Shown here piece by piece: positions 8,971 through 15,877 of a stretch of 32,000 nt of DNA. Positions within the stretch are counted from its first letter, which is position 1. Each line of letters starts with the position of its first letter. Below the pieces are notes generated by a model. The model saw nothing but the letters and a program-made list of their open reading frames with translations, was not told the origin of the DNA and did not search any database. Origin of the DNA: Candidatus Thorarchaeota archaeon (GTDB lineage Archaea; Asgardarchaeota; Heimdallarchaeia; Hodarchaeales; Hodarchaeaceae); the NCBI GenBank assembly GCA_048882505.1, contig JBHLRO010000030.1:3540-35539 (forward strand). Direction: 5' to 3'. The translations under genes were made by a program, and so were the position numbers.

Positions 8971-9396
8971 TTAAATAATTCTAATAGGGAGTTCTATTAC
9001 CTTTCCCTTGCGAAGGGCGAATGCTTTGAGTTTTGGATCGGATCCGTCCCCTCCGATCAACCACGTATAAGGATACGGCCAATATTCCATGAAATGTATG
9101 TCCTGGAGAGAAGGGGCGAGACGAGCATTCTTAGGATGACTGTGAAATATCCCTACTAACTCTCTTCCCTCTTTCTCGTATTTCATAATGTGGTGGTAGA
9201 AGATTTCATAATCGATACTGAAGTGGGTCGATGATTCATCCAGATTGAGCATTGGTTCGAAATCTGTTACATTAACATGATCCTGGGGCTCCCATTCTCC
9301 AAAAGCGAGTCCTACAACTTCAATAGGTTGATCTTCTTTTAACAATGATATAATTTCTCGGTAACAAGAATTAGAAATAGATATAGAAGGTGACAC
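8971..9396 (-). CDS. JAB1/MPN+ (JAMM) metalloprotease
   Basis: E(VVG) plus the JAMM motif HSHPKNARLAPSLQD (HxH-x7-S-xx-D). GTG start with RBS GGAGGTGG. Confidence 0.92.
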   Translation of the reverse strand: MSPSISISNSCYREIISLLKEDQPIEVVGLAFGEWEPQDHVNVTDFEPMLNLDESSTHFSIDYEIFYHHIMKYEKEGRELVGIFHSHPKNARLAPSLQDIHFMEYWPYPYTWLIGGDGSDPKLKAFALRKGKVIELPIRII

Positions 9397-9448
9397 AGAA
9401 CCACCTCCATTATTTAATCATATGAAGAGCTTAGGAACGTGCCTTTAT

Positions 9449-10849
9449 TTATGGATATTCAGGATGAACACTATACGGGGGAATAATCTTATCAGGAGAG
9501 TTCAGGGCTTCAATATACCGCTGCTGGGCCGCTGGTTCACCGTGGATCGGCAAAATCTTGGTTGGGTTTGTATATTTTACGACCTCGAGGAGGCCTCCTT
9601 GGGAGGCATGGCCTGAGAATTGGAATCGTTTTACCTCCAATTCAAGGTTAACATTATAGAGGCCTCCAAAACCGTTGTTCAATAAAATTTGTCGCTGCCC
9701 TGCGATTATATCTGATCCTACAGTCCCTTCGACTTGATAGCCCACGATATAAAGGCCGTTTTTTGGGTCACTCCCTAGATCGAACTTTCCCAGATATTCG
9801 TAAATTGGACCGCCCTCGATCATACCCGATGTCGTCAATATGATGATAGGTTTTTCCTGATTTGCCAATAATGCTCGTTTTCTATTTCTTCCTCCAGTTG
9901 GAAGGATCTCATCAATTTTGTGGATACCCTCATGGTCGAATGGTGATTTGTATCCATTCGCTTTTAGAAAGCTAAGCAATCGTTTGGATACCCACTTTTC
10001 GGTTAAATACCGTCTATATATCTTGTTTATATCAAGGATCATGCCATCTATCCAGAGTTGATATGAATCTAGAAACGTGTCAAACTCCTGGATCAAGTAG
10101 GTTTGAATTTCTTGTGAACGGCCCAGTGCAAATGAGGGTATTATCGCTTTTCCACCTCGGGAATAACACTGTAGTAATTTTTGTGTTAACTTTGAGGTTG
10201 TTTCCTTCCGCGATGGTAAAGGCCGAGTGGCATTGGTAGTCTCCGTAATCAATATATCGATGGGTTCCTCCAAAGAATCATTCATGAAATTCGGATCATG
10301 AAAGGGTGTTTTGGCGTCATTTATATCCCCGGTATAAAAAATCCTGGTTCCATCCCAATCAAGCAGAATGCACGCACTACCTAAGATGTGACTAGCATCA
10401 TAAAATTCAGCAGAAATACCGTCCAAAAGTCGAAAAGATCGGTTATAATTGTGAGGAACAGAATTTCGCAGGGCGTGATCGAGATGACGAAGACTAAAAT
10501 GAGTTTCTCCCTCGATTTTCAAGTGGTCTTTCCATAAAATTTTCACGATATCTTTTGTAGGTGCCGTTAGATGGATATCATTAGCATATCCCCAGCGATA
10601 GAGGGCTGGAACATATGCTGAATGGTCTATATGAGCGTGGGAAACCAACACGGCATCTATATCAGGGCTTAGATCATCGAGCTGCGCGGGGGGAGTCGAT
10701 CGTTGGTCTGTTCTTCTTGGATGAAGTTGAATACCTGCATCCAAGATGATCCGTCTATCTCTGTCTGAAATCATAATACATGATTTGCCAACGGATTCTG
10801 CGGCCCCAAGCACTGTGACTGTAAGCATTTCGATCAAGCCATAAGGCAT
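9449..10849 (-). CDS. Metallo-beta-lactamase/beta-CASP ribonuclease (aCPSF-like, no KH domains)
   Basis: LGAAESVGKSC, SHAHIDH, SHILGS, YTGD, IPSFALGRSQE, TTSGMIEGGP, GYQVEGT, FSGHAS, HGE. The true start may be ATG 10828 (MLTVTVLG). Confidence 0.93.
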   Translation of the reverse strand: MPYGLIEMLTVTVLGAAESVGKSCIMISDRDRRIILDAGIQLHPRRTDQRSTPPAQLDDLSPDIDAVLVSHAHIDHSAYVPALYRWGYANDIHLTAPTKDIVKILWKDHLKIEGETHFSLRHLDHALRNSVPHNYNRSFRLLDGISAEFYDASHILGSACILLDWDGTRIFYTGDINDAKTPFHDPNFMNDSLEEPIDILITETTNATRPLPSRKETTSKLTQKLLQCYSRGGKAIIPSFALGRSQEIQTYLIQEFDTFLDSYQLWIDGMILDINKIYRRYLTEKWVSKRLLSFLKANGYKSPFDHEGIHKIDEILPTGGRNRKRALLANQEKPIIILTTSGMIEGGPIYEYLGKFDLGSDPKNGLYIVGYQVEGTVGSDIIAGQRQILLNNGFGGLYNVNLELEVKRFQFSGHASQGGLLEVVKYTNPTKILPIHGEPAAQQRYIEALNSPDKIIPPYSVHPEYP

Positions 10850-11025
10850 GTGATAGAGGAACGGTGGTTAATCAGGGTAAAAACTGGAGATCCACTGTTT
10901 TCTCTGCTGAAGCAACGAGAGAATACCCACAATAAGAATTTTCGGTTCTATATTTCGAACCAATGGTTCGTCTAAGGAAAAATCTATATAACCAAAGAGT
11001 CCTCCCCCCCCTTAGGTGCACTCTG

Positions 11026-11733
11026 ATGCCAGTCGACCCACAACAAATACCGCTTTCAGGGATTCCCATTGGCATTTTTCTGATGTTTTTGGGTTCACTC
11101 CTGGGATTAATTCCTTTATATGACCTTGGATTTATAATATTCCTCGGTTCACTAGCAATAGTGTTTATTCAATGGATTAGTAGCGGGGGTATTGCAGAAA
11201 TGTTAAATTGGCTTCCATTGGTTTTGATACTGGCAATTGTCTTAACACTTTCGTCTGATTTCGTGAGTCAATCCCCTGAAACTCAAGTTTTTACATGGCC
11301 TTTGATACTCTTCGTTTTAGTGCTGATCCTTGGTTTCATGTTCGCTCAAGGAGGGGATCTAAGTTTTATTATGCCTTTTTTACCGTTTTTATTAGGAATC
11401 GGCATAATTGGAGTGGTAGGCGGGGAATTATTGTGGCAAGACGCGTTTCGGGGTTTGGCTTATAGTATTGGCTTTCTAGGGATTGTGGTTGTGCTTATTT
11501 GGCTGCGAGTCCGTAAAACCCAACGTATGGCACCTATAGTAGGGGATAAGGAACATATGATTGGAAAAACAGGACTAACTCTAAGTTTGATCTCCCCTGA
11601 CGTTGAAGGACGCGTGAGGGTTGGGGGGGCGACTTGGAAGGCACAGTCTGAGGTTAAAATCTATGAGAATGAGCCGATTCAAGTCGTGGGCATTGAAGGC
11701 TTGGTTCTCAAAGTCAAACCAAAATCAAGATGA
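11026..11733 (+). CDS. NfeD-family membrane protein (about 6-7 hydrophobic segments plus C-terminal OB-fold)
   Basis: C-terminus MIGKTGLTLSLISPDVEGRVRVGGATWKAQSE...VVGIEGLVLKVKP is the NfeD OB-fold. AGGTG RBS precedes ATG 11026; the ORF track starts at 10963. Confidence 0.85.
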   Translation: MPVDPQQIPLSGIPIGIFLMFLGSLLGLIPLYDLGFIIFLGSLAIVFIQWISSGGIAEMLNWLPLVLILAIVLTLSSDFVSQSPETQVFTWPLILFVLVLILGFMFAQGGDLSFIMPFLPFLLGIGIIGVVGGELLWQDAFRGLAYSIGFLGIVVVLIWLRVRKTQRMAPIVGDKEHMIGKTGLTLSLISPDVEGRVRVGGATWKAQSEVKIYENEPIQVVGIEGLVLKVKPKSR

Positions 11734-11780
11734 CCCCTAATTCGTTATTTTTGCACTTCTGTCCGTGTCAACGATCCCTC

Positions 11781-11793
11781 GGAAATTATATAT
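11781..11793 (+). promoter_or_regulatory. Candidate BRE/TATA promoter for tRNA-Val
   Basis: GGAAA followed by TTATATAT, about 63 bp upstream of the mature tRNA 5' end. Confidence 0.4.
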
Positions 11794-11855
11794 TAATCAA
11801 GATGGAATATTATCTATTAGATCAAAATCATGATCTTAGACCTATAACGGATCAA

Positions 11856-11929
11856 GGGCCGGTGGTCTAGCTCGGTATGACGGCTCCCTCACACGGAGCA
11901 GGTCGATGGTTCAAATCCGTCCCGGCCCA
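11856..11929 (+). tRNA. tRNA-Val (anticodon CAC), intronless, CCA not encoded
   Basis: Acceptor GGGCCGG/CCGGCCC plus discriminator A; D arm GTCT...TGAC; anticodon arm GCTCC-CTCACAC-GGAGC; T arm GATGG-TTCAAAT-CCGTC; T-rich tail follows. Confidence 0.97.
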
Positions 11930-11950
11930 TTCTCTTTATTGGCCCATGAA

Positions 11951-14188
11951 TCATGTGGAAGATTCAAACGCATCCAAAATATACGAGTATATGGTTTTTT
12001 CTTCTCCGGACGATTTGGCAAACAATCGTCGCACAATTAATTCTGGTGTACTAGCTGCATATTGATAATACACTGGGGTACGATCCACCAAAAGTTCTAA
12101 ATCCTCCGAAAGTCCTTGCGCTTCAATGCCATCAATTCTTAGAGCCTCTTTGCTGTATTTTGCAATTTCTTGAGCGAGATGAGTAACGAAAATCCCCACA
12201 GAATGCGATGATCGTCCCAATAAATCAAGAAACGCGGCGATCACACGAGCGGATGCCCCCGGTTCAGAGATACTCTCCATTTCGTCTGCTAAAACCAAAC
12301 GAGAATGAGGGCTCATGATCATCTGCGAGAGAGTTTGCAGCGTAGTTTCGAAAGCACCTGCATCCATCTGGCCTGCCGCCTTTCTATAGTAATGGAGTTC
12401 CTTGAATCCTCCTAGCACTGCTTTTTTACACGGAATTGGGAGTCCCATCTGACCAAGAATTACCATTACGGCAAGTGAAACGATCAGGGTTGTCTTACCT
12501 CCGCTATTGGCACCAGAGAGCAGAACAATGCGTTCTCCGCTTACTACTCCATCGATCGTTCCAACTTCACCTACTGCATAAGATACTGGCTGAACCTTTG
12601 CTCCACCGCGTAGCTCCTGCTGGGCGAGAAATAGATTACGACCATTTTCAATTAATAATCCAGTTTTCGAGGATTCCCCGAGTTGAGGTAGGATTAATTG
12701 ATATGTTGAAGCGAACTTACCCAGCATAAATAGGTAATCAAGTTCCAACATGTAGTTTAATGCTTGTTTAGCGATGTTTTCATATTGTTTCAGCGCTTTG
12801 GCCAGTCTAGTCTTTAACTCAAAGGATTTGATGGCACGTCGTTGTCGAAGATATGTTGTTAAACGGGAAACAATATCCTCAACAGGATCTACGGGATATC
12901 GAAGTTCTCGTGGAAATATCCCTACAAGGTATTCAATCTCCTCGTCCTGGAGATCAAGGGCTTTGATAAGACTTTCTTCCGCCTTATTTATGATCTCTTC
13001 AACTGCCATGAAGAGTTCATCATCCAAGTATTCTCGAAGATCCGTCCGACCACTGTCGGGAGCGTATTGGGAATCTTCAGATGAAATACCCTTAATGAGG
13101 GCGAGGATTTTTTCTCCTCCGAGTTCAACTGTGGACTGTTGGAGCTTTTTCTCAAGAGCCTCATTAAGTCCGATGAGAATCTCATCGAGCTTGGTTTCAA
13201 ATAGCGTCTCTGCTCGTAATAAACGGGAGTATTCCACATTTAGGTCTGAGGTTGGTTCCCCAGATTCTTCCAAATTCCCCAGTTCTTTTCCCATTTCTCT
13301 TAGCATCTCTAGATCGAGATCCTCAATATAGGCACTTAACGCGGAGGACGGTAGAGTTTGAAGGAGATGGGTGAGACCGGCAATTGATTCAAGCGTTCTT
13401 TTGTTTCTGGCGAAAAAACTTAGGGTTTTTTCCGGAACAATCTGAACCAGATCATTCCGAGCCGATTCGCCGACCGTCACAACATTAGGAAGACTGTCAT
13501 CTAGCAGGACATCAGAACCAATCCAGATAATCTCATCATATCCTTTTGTATAATCGCCTATTCGTTCGATATCATCGATAAGAGTAACCTCACAATGATA
13601 ACCTACATCGGATGTGGTAAGATCTTTAAACAAATCCCTGTCAGGAGTGACAATCAATCTTGATGCAGTGTCAAGGCGCGCCTTTTGCTCTTTAAGAGGA
13701 GTTAGATTGCGCAAGAGAGTGTCATATTCCTTGTAGGAATGAGGGGATGCATGAATTAGTGATGCCAATTGCATTCCCAGATGAGCCACATTTTGACGTT
13801 CCCTGATTTTATCGAGTGCAGAAATAGGGAGAGGGAAGTAGAGATACAATTTTGAGCGAGCATACAGGGTATTTGCAAATTTAGCAATGATATCAATCGT
13901 CTGATTGTAGATACGGATTGCATCCTCGGTTTTCAAGAAATTCCGAACATCTTCTCCTGTTTCTTGAAAATGCAGATTGCGGCACAAGCTTAAAGCGAAT
14001 TTTTCCCCGATTCCTTCAATAGCTGAGATTTCAGCTATCCGAGATTCACGTAATGCTAGTAGAACGGCAGCTTCACTTCCAAATGCGGCTACGAGCCTAT
14101 CTGCCACGGAGGGCCCAATCCCACGAATATCTCGAAGGTTTGTTATACTCAAAGTCTGTTCCTTTCGCTTGGCTATCTTTTTAAACAA
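11951..14188 (-). CDS. MutS5-like protein: N-terminal helix-hairpin-helix pair plus C-terminal MutS ATPase domain V
   Basis: HhH motifs IRGIGPSVA and IEGIGEKFA; Walker A SGANSGGKTT; DAGAFETTL; LADEME; FVTHL. No mismatch-recognition domain I. The start may be TTG 14152. Confidence 0.88.
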   Translation of the reverse strand: MFKKIAKRKEQTLSITNLRDIRGIGPSVADRLVAAFGSEAAVLLALRESRIAEISAIEGIGEKFALSLCRNLHFQETGEDVRNFLKTEDAIRIYNQTIDIIAKFANTLYARSKLYLYFPLPISALDKIRERQNVAHLGMQLASLIHASPHSYKEYDTLLRNLTPLKEQKARLDTASRLIVTPDRDLFKDLTTSDVGYHCEVTLIDDIERIGDYTKGYDEIIWIGSDVLLDDSLPNVVTVGESARNDLVQIVPEKTLSFFARNKRTLESIAGLTHLLQTLPSSALSAYIEDLDLEMLREMGKELGNLEESGEPTSDLNVEYSRLLRAETLFETKLDEILIGLNEALEKKLQQSTVELGGEKILALIKGISSEDSQYAPDSGRTDLREYLDDELFMAVEEIINKAEESLIKALDLQDEEIEYLVGIFPRELRYPVDPVEDIVSRLTTYLRQRRAIKSFELKTRLAKALKQYENIAKQALNYMLELDYLFMLGKFASTYQLILPQLGESSKTGLLIENGRNLFLAQQELRGGAKVQPVSYAVGEVGTIDGVVSGERIVLLSGANSGGKTTLIVSLAVMVILGQMGLPIPCKKAVLGGFKELHYYRKAAGQMDAGAFETTLQTLSQMIMSPHSRLVLADEMESISEPGASARVIAAFLDLLGRSSHSVGIFVTHLAQEIAKYSKEALRIDGIEAQGLSEDLELLVDRTPVYYQYAASTPELIVRRLFAKSSGEEKTIYSYILDAFESST

Positions 14189-14342
14189 GAATCCCAGGAT
14201 TCTTTTTTGCTTTTTTCTCCTTTAACTCCCACATAGCGCTAGTAAATTCAAAATTAAAAACAATTTTCTGCTATATTTTCTCAACTCGACAGGAAATCTT
14301 CGATTCGGAATATTAACAGTCAAAGTCAAAAGCAATCGATAA

Positions 14343-15305
14343 TTAAATACCAAGTTTGGTTATTCGTTTTGGATTTACCTCACGAATAAAAGTATGTAGC
14401 TCAGAAAACGAACAATGGTCACTATATGGGAAAAAATGGACATCAAGGCGTTTGTGGGCCAATTTTATTGCCCAACCCGTCGGTGATATTCGTAGTGCGT
14501 CCGAAATTTTGGGATGTAAGGAATTATCAATTCCCTGGAGATTTTCAACCATTCTTCTACTCCCAACAAAGACTTGAACATCATCGTTGTCTGTGAAAAT
14601 ATCCCATTCCCCGCCAATCTCCTTAAAAATCTCAATTTTTTGAGGTGGGGCCCAGATTTTTTTTCCAATTGCTTTGCTGATTGTTTGAAATAAAATCTCC
14701 TTGCCTATCTGGTATGCGGACAACCAGACATTTCTTTCAGGGTAATTTCCTGGGGCATGAATTAAGGTAAGGATATCCGAAATAAGCTCCTTGCGAGAAG
14801 GAAAATCATATTTTGGATCTCTTCCATACACGTAGTCCACGTATAAATGATCAGGATTTCTTAATAATTCCATTTCCTCAATGATGACTGAACCAAGACG
14901 AAAATCGCCCGTATATACTTCTTTAGTTCCATCATTATCTTCTATAACAAACATTAAGCTGCCCAGACAATGATTGGCGTCCAGACAGTGAACCTTAAAA
15001 TCGTCAAAATCCAAAGATTGGCTAGGTTTGACGATTAAGCACTTTTCCCGGGGAATTCGATGTAAAGCTTTGATAACCGCCGCTGTTTCTCGTGTACATA
15101 CGACCGTAGAATCTTGAGCGGTAATAATATTCTTTAATCCTCTAGTATGGTCAGAATGGGCATGTGATAGGAAAAAATACCCGGATGAAGGTCTTCTGCG
15201 ATCGTTTCTACCAAAAGGAAATTCATCGAAATAACTTCTGGCGATCGAAGAATACACGTCGATTTCCTCTTGATATCTAGTGGGAAAAACCTCTTGAATG
15301 AACAA
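14343..15305 (-). CDS. SNM1/Apollo/Pso2 (DCLRE1)-like MBL beta-CASP DNA nuclease
   Basis: FFLSHAHSDHTRGL, LDANHCLGSLMF, YTGDFR, LYVD, FPSRKE, YQIGKE, PTGW and PYSDHCSFSELHTFI occur in the same order as in eukaryotic SNM1A/SNM1B. Confidence 0.8.
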   Translation of the reverse strand: MFIQEVFPTRYQEEIDVYSSIARSYFDEFPFGRNDRRRPSSGYFFLSHAHSDHTRGLKNIITAQDSTVVCTRETAAVIKALHRIPREKCLIVKPSQSLDFDDFKVHCLDANHCLGSLMFVIEDNDGTKEVYTGDFRLGSVIIEEMELLRNPDHLYVDYVYGRDPKYDFPSRKELISDILTLIHAPGNYPERNVWLSAYQIGKEILFQTISKAIGKKIWAPPQKIEIFKEIGGEWDIFTDNDDVQVFVGSRRMVENLQGIDNSLHPKISDALRISPTGWAIKLAHKRLDVHFFPYSDHCSFSELHTFIREVNPKRITKLGI

Positions 15306-15444
15306 TAAATGTGGTACGATTCAGTTTGGTTTATCAGTTTTCCAATTGGTTAATTTACGGTAGTAATCCTTATTCCTTCTTGTCCAGCAACATGGAACGA
15401 GTAAAAGACATCATCCTAGATATTAAACCATCCAAAAGTAGATT

Positions 15445-15483
15445 GCGAAAATTTTTAAAGACTCTTAGAACCGCCTTTAATTG
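15445..15483 (+). promoter_or_regulatory. Candidate BRE/TATA elements for the permuted 5S transcript
   Basis: GCGAAAA-TTTTTAAAG at 15445-15460 and TTTAATTG at 15476-15483. Either places the TSS upstream of the 5' arm of the processing stem (15517). Confidence 0.3.
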
Positions 15484-15537
15484 AATCTAAAGGTACAGAA
15501 TCTCACGTTGTATCATGACATCGAGATCCTGCCGGAA

Positions 15538-15686
15538 GTTAAGCCGAGTTTCGTTCTGATCTGTACTGTTATGCGCGAGCTTACGGGAACATCAGAAAAC
15601 GGGTATTGCCCGTTCATAGGGCTCGAGTAACACCCGGTCTCATTCCGAAAGATATGAAGGAATTTCTTCATTCCGGGAACCCGGAA
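15538..15686 (+). rRNA. rrf: 5S rRNA gene, circularly permuted and intron-containing
   Basis: 15538-15603 is the 5S 3' half (GTTAAG CCGAGTT TCG TTCTGAT CTGTAC...GC-GCGA-GC...GGGAAC ATCAGAA AACGGG). 15604-15608 is the linker TATTG. 15609-15649 is the 5' half (CCCGTT CATAG GGCTCGAG TAACA CCCGG TCTCATTCCGAA). 15650-15679 is an intron and 15680-15686 is CCCGGAA. Helices I (CCCGTT/AACGGG), II, III and V (TTCTGAT/ATCAGAA), loop E and the GCGA tetraloop are all recoverable. Confidence 0.93.
15650..15679 (+). other. 30-nt archaeal BHB/BHL-type intron in 5S rRNA loop C
   Basis: Central helix UCCG(15644-47)/CGGG(15674-77), bulges AA|A (15648-50) and AA|C (15678-80), intron hairpin GA-U-AUGAAGG-AAUU-UCUUCAU-UC. 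Removal restores CAUUCCGAACCCGG. Confidence 0.85.
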
Positions 15687-15877
15687 ACAGGATCCTCATG
15701 TCCATTTACTTGGATATTAGGGATGTGGAGAGTATGTTGTTTTTAGAATAGACATCGAAGGTTTTCCCCAAGGACCAATGTCCATATTCGTGATTTTTAA
15801 TGTATATGAATCGATTCTTATCAAAGGAATGAAAAAGCAGATTCAAAATCATTTCAGTTTTGGTTGGGACTGTTATA

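Larger units (their letters stand above)
15517..15702 (+). other. Terminal processing stem and BHB-like motif enclosing the permuted 5S
   Basis: GACAT-C-GA-GATCCTG (15517-15531) pairs with CAGGATC-C-TC-ATGTC (15688-15702), 14 bp in total. Central helix CCGG(15532-35)/CCGG(15681-84) with bulges AA|G (15536-38) and AA|A (15685-87). Confidence 0.85.

Noticed and set aside
8971-9396. JAMM protease as part of a ubiquitin/SAMP operon
   Set aside because: No ubiquitin-like, E1, E2 or RING gene is nearby; it looks like a stand-alone JAMM1-type enzyme.
11856-11950. tRNA-Val as an integration (att) site
   Set aside because: I saw no duplicated tRNA 3' fragment, integrase or compositional shift elsewhere in the window, and the flanking genes are housekeeping.
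11877-12065. 62-aa ORF on the plus strand
   Set aside because: It overlaps tRNA-Val and is antisense to the MutS-like gene; spurious.
12436-14577. Short ORFs within the MutS-like and SNM1-like genes, including the 185-aa Ser/Arg-rich ORF at 12774-13331
   Set aside because: The Ser/Arg/Ile-rich composition is typical of reverse-complemented Leu/Glu-rich coding sequence.
15671-15685. Hairpin TCCGG-GAAC-CCGGA as a terminator
   Set aside because: No T-tract follows, and these bases are better explained as the intron helix plus the 7-nt exon.
15532-15686. Reading the locus as two broken 5S pseudogene fragments, or as the junction of a tandem 5S duplication
   Set aside because: The halves are complementary and non-redundant apart from the CCGGAA needed for the BHB. 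All helices are intact, helix I is closed by a 5-nt loop, and both discontinuities fall exactly on predicted BHB cut positions. An assembly artefact still needs exclusion with reads.
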